From the NCBI GenBank assembly GCA_964507665.1, contig CAZDPT010000002.1, positions 29,016 to 93,015 of the forward strand: a stretch of DNA of 64,000 nucleotides, in the 5' to 3' direction. A model generated the notes under the pieces. It did not search any database. It was not told where the DNA came from and was given only the letters and a program-made list of their open reading frames with translations. The position numbers were made by a program, and so were the translations under genes. Shown here in pieces: positions 49,002 to 57,681 of this stretch. The stretch is from an uncultured Candidatus Saccharibacteria bacterium. GTDB taxonomy: Bacteria; Patescibacteriota; Minisyncoccia; Minisyncoccales; CAYZYK01. The first letter of the stretch is position 1. The number at the start of each line of letters is the position of its first letter.

Positions 49002-49379
49002 ATGACCAAGCTAAAAGCTGTTAGCAAACAATTTCAAAAGGCCCACAAGAGGCTTGAAGAAGCGTTGAGACAAGAAAAGAATGATATCGTGTGAGATTCA
49101 GCCATTCAAAGGTTTGAGTTTACTTTTGACCTTTGCTGGAAAACTATTAAGGCTTTTTTAGAAAAAGAAAAGGGCTTAACTTGTAGTTCTCCAAAAGGGT
49201 GTTTTAGAGAAGCTTACAAGCAAGGCCTTTTAGAATATGAGGAGGCCTGGATTGAAATGACCGATTCCCGTAATAAGACTGTTCATACTTATCATGAAGA
49301 AATGGCCGACAAAATTTATTCTCGGCTGCCTGACTATTTGAAACTTTTCGGGCAACTGAAGAAAAAGTTAAAATTTTAG
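49002..49379 (+). pseudogene. HEPN/HI0074-family nucleotidyltransferase substrate-binding (toxin-like) gene with in-frame TGA
   Basis: Translation reads MTKLKAVSKQFQKAHKRLEEALRQEKNDIV*DSAIQRFEFTFDLCWKTIKAFL...DSRNKTVHTYHEE (Rx4H). The TGA at 49092-49094 sits where the family has Arg (..RD.AIQRFE..). Confidence 0.7.
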
Positions 49380-49397
49380 TAAGTAGAGATTAATAAT

Positions 49398-49586
49398 ATG
49401 TTTCTACCATTACTTTTAATACTTTTAGGGTTGATATTTCTGTTGAAAAATCTTGGGATAATCACAGCCAGCACTTGGAGTGTTGTTTGGCCCTTAATTT
49501 TTGTTTTACTGGGCGCTTATCTTCTTTGGAAAAAGTATGAATGGACAAGATGGAAGGAAAGAATCTGGACTAAGTTAGAGGAGTAA
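49398..49586 (+). CDS. small 2-TM protein (LiaF-N/DUF5668-like)
   Basis: 62 aa with two hydrophobic helices and a Trp/Lys-rich tail. A terminator hairpin aaaacccctttt/aaaagggttttt follows. Confidence 0.4.
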   Translation: MFLPLLLILLGLIFLLKNLGIITASTWSVVWPLIFVLLGAYLLWKKYEWTRWKERIWTKLEE

Positions 49587-49645
49587 ACCCTAAAATAATA
49601 CAAAAACCCCTTTTAAGGGTTTTTTGTATTTCAGACAGAGAGAGG

Positions 49646-49674
49646 TTGTTTCGGTAATTTAATTGTGATATATT
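49646..49674 (+). promoter_or_regulatory. ctpA promoter placed for a leaderless mRNA (TTGTTT-17-TGaTATATT, 6 nt to ATG)
   Basis: Hexamers at 49646-51 and 49669-74 with an extended -10 TG. The ATG is at 49681. Confidence 0.45.
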
Positions 49675-49680
49675 TATTTA

Positions 49681-50856
49681 ATGGATTTTAAATTTAAGAA
49701 AGAACCATTTTTATTTCTAATACTGCTTTTTATAACCCTGGGGGCAGGAATTGTTATAGGCAGACAAACCGTAAAATGTGAGGTTTGTCCTCCAGAGAAC
49801 ATCGATTTTTCTCTTTTTTGGAGGGCTTTTAATGTTTTGCAAGAGAAATTTGTAGCCCCACAAAAAATTGATATACAGAAAATAATTTATGGGGCAATTT
49901 CTGGAATGACAGAAACCCTGGATGACCCTTATACTGTTTTCTTTAATCCAAAAGAAACCGAGGAGTTTGAAAAAGCATTAGCTGGAGTATATGAAGGAGT
50001 TGGAATGGAGGTTGGAGTTAAAAAAGAACAGTTGACAGTAATAGCTCCTTTAAAGGGAACTCCTGCTCAAAAAGTAGGATTGAGGCCTGGAGATAAGATT
50101 TTGAAAGTTGATGGAAAAATAACTTCTGATTTATCTATTGAAAAAGCAGTTAATTTAATCAGAGGTCCTAAAGGGACAGAGGTAGTTTTAACTATTGCTC
50201 GTGAAAGTTGGGAGGAACCCAGAGATATTAGGATTAAGAGAGCAAAAATTAAAATTCCATCTTTGGAATGGGAATTTAAGAAGTCAAATATAGTCTATAT
50301 TCAAATTTATCAATTTAATGAACCCTTGATTTCTGATTTTAAGAAAGCTAGTACTCAAATCTTATTCTCACCTGCTGAGAAAATAATTTTGGATCTTCGC
50401 AACAATCCTGGCGGTTATCTCCATACTGCCGTGGAGATTGCTGGTTGGTTTTTAGAAGAAGGTAAAATTGTAGTTATTGAAAATTTTGGAGACAAAGAAG
50501 AAAATGATACTTACAAAACTGATGGAAATGAAAAGTTTTCACAATATCCTATGGTAATTTTAATAAACGAAGGGTCTGCTTCAGCTTCTGAAATTTTAGC
50601 TGAAAGTTTAAGATATCATCGTGGTATAAAATTAATAGGTAAATCTTCATTTGGTAAAGGTTCAGTCCAGGAAGCTGTAAGATTAGATGACTCCTTGTTT
50701 AAATTAACTGTAGCTGAATGGTTAACTCCAAATGGTGAATCTATTTCAGAGCAGGGATTGGACCCAGACATAGAAGTTGAATTAACAGAACAGGATTATC
50801 AGCAAGGTAAAGATCCTCAGTTAGAGAAGGCGATTGAAGTTCTTCGGGGATTGTAA
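49681..50856 (+). CDS. ctpA: carboxy-terminal processing protease (S41)
   Basis: PDZ segment (GLRPGDKILKVDG), DLRNNPGG, and the GSASASEI catalytic Ser region. Confidence 0.88.
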   Translation: MDFKFKKEPFLFLILLFITLGAGIVIGRQTVKCEVCPPENIDFSLFWRAFNVLQEKFVAPQKIDIQKIIYGAISGMTETLDDPYTVFFNPKETEEFEKALAGVYEGVGMEVGVKKEQLTVIAPLKGTPAQKVGLRPGDKILKVDGKITSDLSIEKAVNLIRGPKGTEVVLTIARESWEEPRDIRIKRAKIKIPSLEWEFKKSNIVYIQIYQFNEPLISDFKKASTQILFSPAEKIILDLRNNPGGYLHTAVEIAGWFLEEGKIVVIENFGDKEENDTYKTDGNEKFSQYPMVILINEGSASASEILAESLRYHRGIKLIGKSSFGKGSVQEAVRLDDSLFKLTVAEWLTPNGESISEQGLDPDIEVELTEQDYQQGKDPQLEKAIEVLRGL

Positions 50857-50915
50857 ATTAAGTTGAGAAAATTTAAAATTTTTGTAATATATACTATAAA
50901 GAAAAAATATAAATT

Positions 50916-51362
50916 ATGAAAGTTATCCTCCTAAAAGATGTAGAAAAAATAGGAAAAAGAGATGAGGTAATAGATGTTAAATCAGGTTTTGCCAGGAATT
51001 TTTTGTTTCCTAAAAAATTAGCAGAGCAAGCTACTTCCGAGAAATTGAAACAGTTAAAGAAACAAAAAAAAGAAAAGAAACGAAAAGAAGAAAGAGAATT
51101 AAAAAAGAATCAGAAATTAGCCTCTAGTTTAGATGGGTTGGAGGTTATTATATCTGTTAGAACGGGAGATGAAGGCCAACTTTACGAATCTGTAAACAAA
51201 GCTAAAATTCGAAGTAAATTAAAACAAATGGGTTTTAAAATTGAAAAAAAACAGATTAGTTTAAAGGAACCAATTAAAGAGACAGGAGAATTTCCAATCC
51301 AGGTAAAACTTGGTCATAATTTGGAGGCTGAAATTCTGTTAATTGTAGAGGAGGAAAAATAA
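50916..51362 (+). CDS. rplI: ribosomal protein L9
   Basis: MKVILLKDVEKIGKRDEVIDVKSGFARNFL N-terminal domain. Confidence 0.88.
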   Translation: MKVILLKDVEKIGKRDEVIDVKSGFARNFLFPKKLAEQATSEKLKQLKKQKKEKKRKEERELKKNQKLASSLDGLEVIISVRTGDEGQLYESVNKAKIRSKLKQMGFKIEKKQISLKEPIKETGEFPIQVKLGHNLEAEILLIVEEEK

Positions 51363-51400
51363 TTTACAGAAAATTAGCAAATATTAATTGATAAATAAGT

Positions 51401-53026
51401 ATGAGTAGATATATTTTTGTTGCGGGCGGGGTGATGTCTGGAATTGGTAAGGGGGTAGCTACCGCCTCAATTGGAAGAATTTTAAAGAGTAAAGGATTTT
51501 CTGTTACAGCAATTAAGGTTGATCCTTATGTTAATGTTGATGCTGGTACTATGAATCCCATTGAACATGGGGAAGTTTTTGTAACTGATGACGGCACAGA
51601 GTGTGATCAGGACATAGGAAATTATGAAAGATTTTTGGGTCAAAATCTTACCACAGATAATTATATTACTACAGGTAGAGTTTATCGAGCAGTTATTAAT
51701 CGGGAAAGAAACTTAGGATACAATGGGAGATGTGTGGAAGTAGTTCCTGATATTCCAAATGAAGTTATTTCCCGAATTAAAAAAGCAGGTAAAAAATTTA
51801 AAGCTGATTTTGTTTTGATTGAAATTGGAGGTACGGTAGGGGAGTATCAGAACCTTTTATTTTTGGAAGCAGCTAGAATGATGAAACTTGCTCAACCAAA
51901 GGATGTTCTTTTTATTTTAGTAACTTATTTACCTATCCCCGATACAATTGGGGAGATGAAGACAAAACCCACCCAGAATGCTACTCGAACTTTAAATGAG
52001 GCTGGAATTCAGGCTGATATAATTTTAGGTAGAGCTAACACACCCTTAGATGAACCAAGAAAAAGAAAGATATCTGTTTTTTGCAATGTAGCCAAAAAAG
52101 ATACTATTTCAGCTCCTGATGTTGATTCTATTTATGAAATTCCTATAAACTTTGAAAAGGAAAATTTAGGAAACCAAATTTTAGAGAAGTTTAATTTAAG
52201 TTCTAAGAAGAATGATTTAAAAAATTGGCAAAAATTGGTTGATTCTATTCATTATCCCAAGAAAAAAGTTAAAATAGGAATGGTTGGAAAGTATTTTAAA
52301 ACAGGTGAATTTACATTAATGGATTCCTATATCTCAGTAATTGAAGCTATAAATCACAGTTCCTATTCTTTTTCAGCTGAGCCAAAGGTTACTTGGCTTG
52401 ATGCAGAGAAGTATGAGGAGAAGCCAAAAACCCTTCGGGAACTTGAAAAATTTGATGGGATAATAGTACCCGGAGGCTTTGGTAAAAGGGGATCGGAAGG
52501 TAAGATTAAAGCCATTCAGTATTGTCGGGAACAAAAGATTCCTTTTTTAGGACTTTGTTTTGGAATGCAGTTAGCTACCATAGAATTTGCTAGAAATGTT
52601 GCGGGGATAAAAAATGCTAGTTCTTCTGAATTCAAAAAGAATTGTAAAAATCCTGTTATTGACGTGATGGAAGAACAAAAAGATTTAATAAAAGAAAAAA
52701 AATATGGGGGAACAATGAGATTGGGAGCTTATGATTGTAAATTAACTGAAGCTACTTTGTCAAAGAAATTCTATGGTAAGTCAATGATTTCTGAAAGGCA
52801 TCGTCACCGTTATGAATTTAACAATTCCTTTCGTGAAATTTTGAAAAAAAATGGTATAATAATAGCGGGGGTGAATCCTCAAAAAGATTTAGTTGAGATT
52901 ATAGAGATAGAAAATCATCCCTTTTTTGTTGCTACTCAGTTTCATCCAGAATTCAAGTCTCGACCTCTCTCACCCCACCCTTTATTTCGAGGATTCATTA
53001 AAAAAGCCCTCCAAAGGGAGAGCTGA
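51401..53026 (+). CDS. pyrG: CTP synthase
   Basis: YIFVAGGVMSGIGKG, the GATase GLCFGMQ and QFHPEF motifs. Confidence 0.93.
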   Translation: MSRYIFVAGGVMSGIGKGVATASIGRILKSKGFSVTAIKVDPYVNVDAGTMNPIEHGEVFVTDDGTECDQDIGNYERFLGQNLTTDNYITTGRVYRAVINRERNLGYNGRCVEVVPDIPNEVISRIKKAGKKFKADFVLIEIGGTVGEYQNLLFLEAARMMKLAQPKDVLFILVTYLPIPDTIGEMKTKPTQNATRTLNEAGIQADIILGRANTPLDEPRKRKISVFCNVAKKDTISAPDVDSIYEIPINFEKENLGNQILEKFNLSSKKNDLKNWQKLVDSIHYPKKKVKIGMVGKYFKTGEFTLMDSYISVIEAINHSSYSFSAEPKVTWLDAEKYEEKPKTLRELEKFDGIIVPGGFGKRGSEGKIKAIQYCREQKIPFLGLCFGMQLATIEFARNVAGIKNASSSEFKKNCKNPVIDVMEEQKDLIKEKKYGGTMRLGAYDCKLTEATLSKKFYGKSMISERHRHRYEFNNSFREILKKNGIIIAGVNPQKDLVEIIEIENHPFFVATQFHPEFKSRPLSPHPLFRGFIKKALQRES

Positions 53027-53052
53027 GAGATTCCTGGATATATTGCTGCTAT

Positions 53053-53325
53053 TTATTCTACATTGACAACTTTAACTTTTCTTTGTTTTCCATCAAATCT
53101 TGTTTTTCTTTTGGTCGTGAACTGAATTGTTCCTTTTTTTAAAGCATAAAGAGTATCATCTGAACCTCGTTTTACATTTTTGCCGGGTAGAAATTTTGTA
53201 CCTCGTTGGCGAACTATAATCATTCCAGGTTCTACTTTTTCTCCCCCGAATAATTTTATCCCTAACCGTTTGGATTCAGAGTCCCGACCCAACCTTGTTG
53301 TTCCTGTTGCTTTAGTCTTTGCCAT
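53053..53325 (-). CDS. rpmA: ribosomal protein L27
   Basis: [24 protein letters not shown]...[10 protein letters not shown]. Confidence 0.9.
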   Translation of the reverse strand: MAKTKATGTTRLGRDSESKRLGIKLFGGEKVEPGMIIVRQRGTKFLPGKNVKRGSDDTLYALKKGTIQFTTKRKTRFDGKQRKVKVVNVE

Positions 53326-53365
53326 AATTTATTTTAATAGTTAATCTTATTTGATTATATCAAGA

Positions 53366-53533
53366 ATGTTATCAAAAATTAAGAAATTTGTCAAAGATAA
53401 TAAAGGTAACATATTATTATTAATTTCAATAGTCTTAATTTCTTTGCTTTCTTTTGGAGTTGGGTTTCTTGCGGGTGTAAATCAGCAAAAAGAACCTTTA
53501 AGAATAAAAGAAAGTAAAATAGATTATGAGTAA
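53366..53533 (+). CDS. hypothetical single-TM small protein
   Basis: ATG at 53366 is preferred over TTG at 53351. It has one hydrophobic helix and overlaps the uppS start. Confidence 0.3.
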   Translation: MLSKIKKFVKDNKGNILLLISIVLISLLSFGVGFLAGVNQQKEPLRIKESKIDYE

Positions 53534-54245
53534 AAATTCATCTTCTGAGATTCCCGAACATATTGTTTTATTTCCCGATGGTAATAGACGTTGGGCTAGA
53601 AAAAGAGATTTACCCACTCTCAAAGGGCATCAAAAGGGTTACAAAAATCTTATGGATTTTTGTGGTTGGTGCAAGAAGAAAGGAGTTAAAGTTTTAACTG
53701 CTTTTGGTTTCTCTACTGAAAATTGGAACAGACCAGAACAAGAAGTAAGTTATTTAATGGGCCTTTTTGAAAAAGGGCTCAGAGATCATATTAAAAAATA
53801 CAAGAAGAAAAAAGTAGATAAAGAAAGAGAACTAAAAGTTAGAGTAATCGGCCAAAGAGAAAAGTTACCTGGATCTTTACAGAAAGCAATACAAGAAGTA
53901 GAAAATTTAACTGGGGATAATAAAAAACATCAATTAAATCTAGCTGTAAGTTATGGGGGAAGATGGGATATTTTACAAGCAGTCAGGAAAATAATCAAAG
54001 AAAAGATTCCTGCTAGCAAAATTAATCAGGAACTATTTGAAAAATATTTATCAACAGCAGGCATGCCTAACCCTGATTTAATTATTAGAGCAGGAGGGGA
54101 GAAACGTCTCTCTAACTTTGTTCTGTGGCAGGCAGCCTATTCTGAATTATATTTCTCTCCCAAACTTTGGCCAGCTTTCACAGAAAAGGATTTAGATAAG
54201 GCCCTGGAAGAATATGCTTCCCGCCAGAGGAGATTTGGTCATTAA
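53526..54245 (+). CDS. uppS: undecaprenyl diphosphate synthase
   Basis: PDGNRRWA, and IRAGGEKRLSNFVLWQAAYSELYF. Confidence 0.9.
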   Translation: MSKNSSSEIPEHIVLFPDGNRRWARKRDLPTLKGHQKGYKNLMDFCGWCKKKGVKVLTAFGFSTENWNRPEQEVSYLMGLFEKGLRDHIKKYKKKKVDKERELKVRVIGQREKLPGSLQKAIQEVENLTGDNKKHQLNLAVSYGGRWDILQAVRKIIKEKIPASKINQELFEKYLSTAGMPNPDLIIRAGGEKRLSNFVLWQAAYSELYFSPKLWPAFTEKDLDKALEEYASRQRRFGH

Positions 54246-54304
54246 GTTTTGAAATATTAATTGAAGATAATAGCCAGCCGAACTGTGGCTGGCTATTTTA
54301 GTTT

Positions 54305-54811
54305 TCAAACAGAACTAAAATGATAAGGTTGAAGAGGAGAAGGAAGTTTTTCTTTTTTCAGTTTTTCTGAGAACTCTGCAATAAATATTTTGATTTCTTC
54401 TTGAACTTCTCTGAAAGTCGAAAATTCTACTCTTTCTATTATTCCAGGGTGTCCTAACATAGGTTCTGAAACTCTGCCTTTTTCTGTTGCTTTCACTTCG
54501 TTTTCATAGATTATAATGATGGGGGTGGAAGCGTGAAAAGCAAGTTCAATATCAATACCAAGGTCAATAAAGGGAATTCCAGTATAGATAATAGCAAGAG
54601 AGGATTGAGAAACAGCACGTCGCTGCCTTTTTCTTATTTCTGAGGGTTCAGGATATGGCCTGTTTTTATGAGGACTGTTAACAAAAGAAGAAATATAAGG
54701 TTCAAATCCGTTTCGGAGGACAATTTCTCCTAATTCGTTATAGAGAAGTTGCATTCCTCTTCTTTGGGCGGGGTCTTTGGGTAATCCGCCGTTAATGAAT
54801 ATCATTATCAT
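54305..54811 (-). CDS. hypothetical protein, weak nucleoside 2-deoxyribosyltransferase-like (Rossmann-like) resemblance
   Basis: IDLGIDIELAFHASTPIIIIY resembles the DxGTxxExGxA...PV motif. It has an SD aaggag 8 nt upstream and a perfect TTGACA-17-TATAAT promoter. Confidence 0.3.
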   Translation of the reverse strand: MIMIFINGGLPKDPAQRRGMQLLYNELGEIVLRNGFEPYISSFVNSPHKNRPYPEPSEIRKRQRRAVSQSSLAIIYTGIPFIDLGIDIELAFHASTPIIIIYENEVKATEKGRVSEPMLGHPGIIERVEFSTFREVQEEIKIFIAEFSEKLKKEKLPSPLQPYHFSSV

Positions 54812-54869
54812 TTCCCTTTCTCCTTTCTGGGTTTGTAAAGGTGCTTGAATTAACTCTTTTGATTATTAT

Positions 54870-54898
54870 ATTATATCTTTCTCTGAAATATATGTCAA
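54870..54898 (-). promoter_or_regulatory. consensus promoter (TTGACA-17-TATAAT) for the 54305-54811 gene
   Basis: The reverse complement of 54893-54898 is TTGACA, and that of 54870-54875 is TATAAT. Confidence 0.6.
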
Positions 54899-54930
54899 AT
54901 AAGTTTTTAACAGTTTAAATTTAGGATAAT

Positions 54931-54962
54931 TAAAAAGCTCCAATTAGAACCGATTGGAGCTT
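54931..54962 (-). terminator. intrinsic terminator of the 54990-55469 gene
   Basis: agctccaat/attggagct stem. The minus-strand reading is followed by a T-run. Confidence 0.6.
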
Positions 54963-54989
54963 TGTTTGTATTAAATCTTTGTTATCGAA

Positions 54990-55469
54990 CTAGTTTTTGT
55001 TATCCTTATCGGATTCGGGCATTTGAGTTAGTTTTTCTGCTTCTCGAGCTAATTCTCTACCTTTATCTGTTAATTTAATAGTTTGTTCTCCGTTTTTTTC
55101 TCCGGTGAATTCAATTAATCCTATTTTTTCCATAGCTCTGCTGGGTGAAATTATTTCATTTTTTTCTAGTTCGATTCCAAATTCTTCTGTGAGAATTTCT
55201 CTTAAAATGAAACCTAAAGTTGTAGCTTTTTCATAAACTTCATCATTGGTGCTGTCAGCGAACCTTATAGATATTTCAAATAATACGTTCAAAGCCATGT
55301 TATAAAAACCTAAAACTTCATCAGTCATTATTTCTCTGTCTTGCCAGTCAGGTGGGGTACTTTCAACTCTTTCGACTTCAATAGTGAATTTTTTCATAAA
55401 AGCGTTGAGAAGAGTAGATTCTTTGCCTATTCTTCTTTTCCATTTTTCAAAGAGCTCACGAAAAGTCAT
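54990..55469 (-). CDS. hypothetical protein with C-terminal winged-helix-like segment
   Basis: MEKIGLIEFTGEKNGEQTIKLTDKGRELA resembles MarR/ArsR-type wHTH wings. The N-terminal domain is unrecognised. SD gaggagga lies upstream. Confidence 0.35.
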   Translation of the reverse strand: MTFRELFEKWKRRIGKESTLLNAFMKKFTIEVERVESTPPDWQDREIMTDEVLGFYNMALNVLFEISIRFADSTNDEVYEKATTLGFILREILTEEFGIELEKNEIISPSRAMEKIGLIEFTGEKNGEQTIKLTDKGRELAREAEKLTQMPESDKDNKN

Positions 55470-55606
55470 AGTATTCTCCTCCTCTGAGAATCCTACTTCT
55501 TATTTTAATTCATTTTTTTAAAAAATCAATTTTCTCTTGAATATTTATTTTAAAAAGGATAGAATATATTAATAATTAAAGGTTTTAATTTTTAAATAAA
55601 AAAATT

Positions 55607-56410
55607 ATGATAAACTCCAATTTAAAGATGAAAAAAGGTCCCCGAGCTGTTCTTTTAATTTTAATTACTATCTTATTAATTTCTTCTGTAATTTGGGTAG
55701 TTGTTGATATTCAAAATAAAATAAGAGAGGGGAAATACATCGGCAAAGACGTTGTTCCAGCTAACACGATTACTGTTTCTGGGACAGGGGAGGTCTTTAC
55801 TAAGCCTGATTTAGCTTTGATAACTTTCTCTGTTAAAAACGAAGCAAAGTCAGTTTCGGAGGCAATGACAGAGAATACAAAGAATATGAATAATGTTATT
55901 GGTTTTTTGAAAGAAAAAGGAATAGAAGAGAAAGACTTAAAGACTGTGACTTTTAATGTATATCCTCGTTATGAGTGGCACCAGATTACCAAAAATTATT
56001 CTTATCGACCAGAAGGAGAAAGAGTATTAGTGGGGTATGAAGTTATTCAATCTTTGGAAGTTAAAATTAGAGATATGGAAAAAATAGGTGAAATTATTGA
56101 AGGTGTTACCAAAAAAGGAGCTAACCTTGCTGGCAACCTACAATTCACTGTTGATAACCAAGATGAGTTCAAGAAACAGGCCAGAAAAGAGGCTATTAGG
56201 AAAGCTAAAGCAAAAGCTGAAGAATTAACTTCTCAATTGGGGGTAAAGTTAGGAAATGTTTCTAGTTTTCATGAAAATGTTGTTTTTCCGAGATATTTTG
56301 AAACACAAAAAGCAATTCCGGTTGAATCAGGTGGAGATTCAACTCCTCAAATTGAGACCGGAGAAAATGAAATTTCTGTAACAGTAACCATCACTTACGA
56401 GATTAATTAA
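55607..56410 (+). CDS. SIMPL/DUF541-domain periplasmic protein
   Basis: N-terminal TM, ITVSGTGEV...KPDLA start and the C-terminal GENEISVTVTITYEI, typical of SIMPL domain proteins. Confidence 0.7.
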   Translation: MINSNLKMKKGPRAVLLILITILLISSVIWVVVDIQNKIREGKYIGKDVVPANTITVSGTGEVFTKPDLALITFSVKNEAKSVSEAMTENTKNMNNVIGFLKEKGIEEKDLKTVTFNVYPRYEWHQITKNYSYRPEGERVLVGYEVIQSLEVKIRDMEKIGEIIEGVTKKGANLAGNLQFTVDNQDEFKKQARKEAIRKAKAKAEELTSQLGVKLGNVSSFHENVVFPRYFETQKAIPVESGGDSTPQIETGENEISVTVTITYEIN

Positions 56411-56416
56411 TATATT

Positions 56417-56866
56417 ATGAAAAAAAATTCTTTAATCAGGACAATCTATCTTTATATCTTTTCTTTACTAGGATTGGTGCTTTTGGTAATAAGTGGGGTG
56501 CGTTTTTTGAATATGGGACTGAAGGCGTTTGTTTTTACTAAAGCAGAACAAGAACAAAGATTGAATTACAAACAACCTCCAGTTCCTCGTTCTGTTGAAA
56601 GACTTGAAGATCTCTCAGAGGAAGGTGCTGTTTCAGAAGAAACTATATCTAAAAAAGAGAAACAACAAATTGAACAATGGTTAACTGATTATCAACAATG
56701 GAAGGAAGAAAAAGAAAAGATTGATCCCATAACCTCAAGAAGACACAGGGAAGCTTCTTTAAATTTAGCTATGATTTTGATTGGTTTACCTTTGTATCTT
56801 TATCATTGGGGAGTAATTAAAAAGGAGACAAGAAGCAAAAAAGATAAAAAATACAACAAAAATTAA
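56417..56866 (+). CDS. hypothetical 2-TM membrane protein
   Basis: TM helices at both ends with an acidic, Gln-rich middle. Confidence 0.4.
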   Translation: MKKNSLIRTIYLYIFSLLGLVLLVISGVRFLNMGLKAFVFTKAEQEQRLNYKQPPVPRSVERLEDLSEEGAVSEETISKKEKQQIEQWLTDYQQWKEEKEKIDPITSRRHREASLNLAMILIGLPLYLYHWGVIKKETRSKKDKKYNKN

Positions 56867-56899
56867 TTTAGAAGTTTTTTGTTTGTTTATTTAAGAAGG

Positions 56900-56927
56900 T
56901 TGACAAATTATAAGTAATTGTTAAAGT
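56900..56927 (+). promoter_or_regulatory. promoter of second Zn-ribbon cassette (TTGACA-16-TAAAGT)
   Basis: TTGACA at 56900-56905. The -10 assignment is tentative. Confidence 0.4.
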
Positions 56928-56982
56928 AAGAATTAGCACCTTCATTTTTTGTTTTCTGGTTCTTCAAATACGGAGGAGGAAA

Positions 56983-57228
56983 ATGCCGTCCGTTGAGTGT
57001 CCGGTTTGTGGTACCGCAGCTGAATGTTTTAGCCGTGAAGTAGGTAATGGTTATCATGAAACCTTTACTTTAGTTTGTAGTAATAAAGAATGCGGTTTCG
57101 TTAGCGAAAAAACAGTTAAGGGACCTGTGCGTTGTAATCCCAAGCCTCATTCTTATCCGGCTAAGTGCCCGTTTTGTGAAAAAAAATCTTTCGTTCATAA
57201 ATCAACTCCCAGGGAGTATAGATCTTAA
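56983..57228 (+). CDS. small Cys-rich zinc-ribbon protein (81 aa)
   Basis: CPVC...C, CSNKEC and CPFC motifs, with a strong SD ggaggagg 3 nt upstream. Confidence 0.5.
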   Translation: MPSVECPVCGTAAECFSREVGNGYHETFTLVCSNKECGFVSEKTVKGPVRCNPKPHSYPAKCPFCEKKSFVHKSTPREYRS

Positions 57229-57253
57229 CTTATTTTTTGGATAAAATAGATTT

Positions 57254-57282
57254 AACCGCCTTTTTGGGCGGTTTTCTTTTTT
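57254..57282 (+). terminator. intrinsic terminator
   Basis: aaccgcc/ggcggtt stem followed by ttctttttt. Confidence 0.65.
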
Positions 57283-57289
57283 AATTTAC

Positions 57290-57318
57290 TTGCATCTATT
57301 TTTTATAGATGATATAAT
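57290..57318 (+). promoter_or_regulatory. A/V-ATPase operon promoter (TTGCAT-17-TATAAT)
   Basis: Hexamers at 57290-95 and 57313-18. Confidence 0.5.
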
Positions 57319-57360
57319 ATTCTCTTCCCGGTTTTTAGAAAAAAAAGAGTTTCAAAATCT

Positions 57361-57681
57361 ATGACTAAAAAACCAATTGAGGAAATAAAAAAACAAGAGG
57401 AGAAATCAGAGGAACAACTGAAAAAGAAAGAGCAAGAATTTCAAACAGAGATAGAAAAAAGAAAGAGGTTCTGGCAAGAAAAGAAAGAAAATTTATTACA
57501 AAAATTTAAGAAGAAAGAAGGAAAAATTAAAGAAAATTTAAGAGAGGAACTAAAACAAATAGAGGATAAAGTTTCTTTTCAACATAAAAAGTCAGTACAA
57601 GAATTAAAAAGAAAAACTAAGGCTAATTTTGGTGTTTTTAAAAAAAAGATTTTAGATTTAATTTTAGAAGATAAAGCATGA
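57361..57681 (+). CDS. A/V-type ATPase peripheral-stalk subunit (G/H-like coiled coil)
   Basis: 106 aa of uninterrupted K/E-rich helix. First gene of the ATPase operon, with its stop overlapping the subunit I start. Confidence 0.4.
   Translation: MTKKPIEEIKKQEEKSEEQLKKKEQEFQTEIEKRKRFWQEKKENLLQKFKKKEGKIKENLREELKQIEDKVSFQHKKSVQELKRKTKANFGVFKKKILDLILEDKA

Noticed and set aside
49092-49094. UGA recoding or an alternative genetic code (as in Gracilibacteria/SR1), prompted by the RF1-only locus and the in-frame TGA
   Set aside because: TGA terminates conserved proteins at their expected C-termini in this window: trxB at 682-684, PBP2 at 32973-75, ftsQ at 42507-09 and pyrG at 53024-26. The standard code 11 therefore applies, and RF2 is presumably encoded elsewhere.
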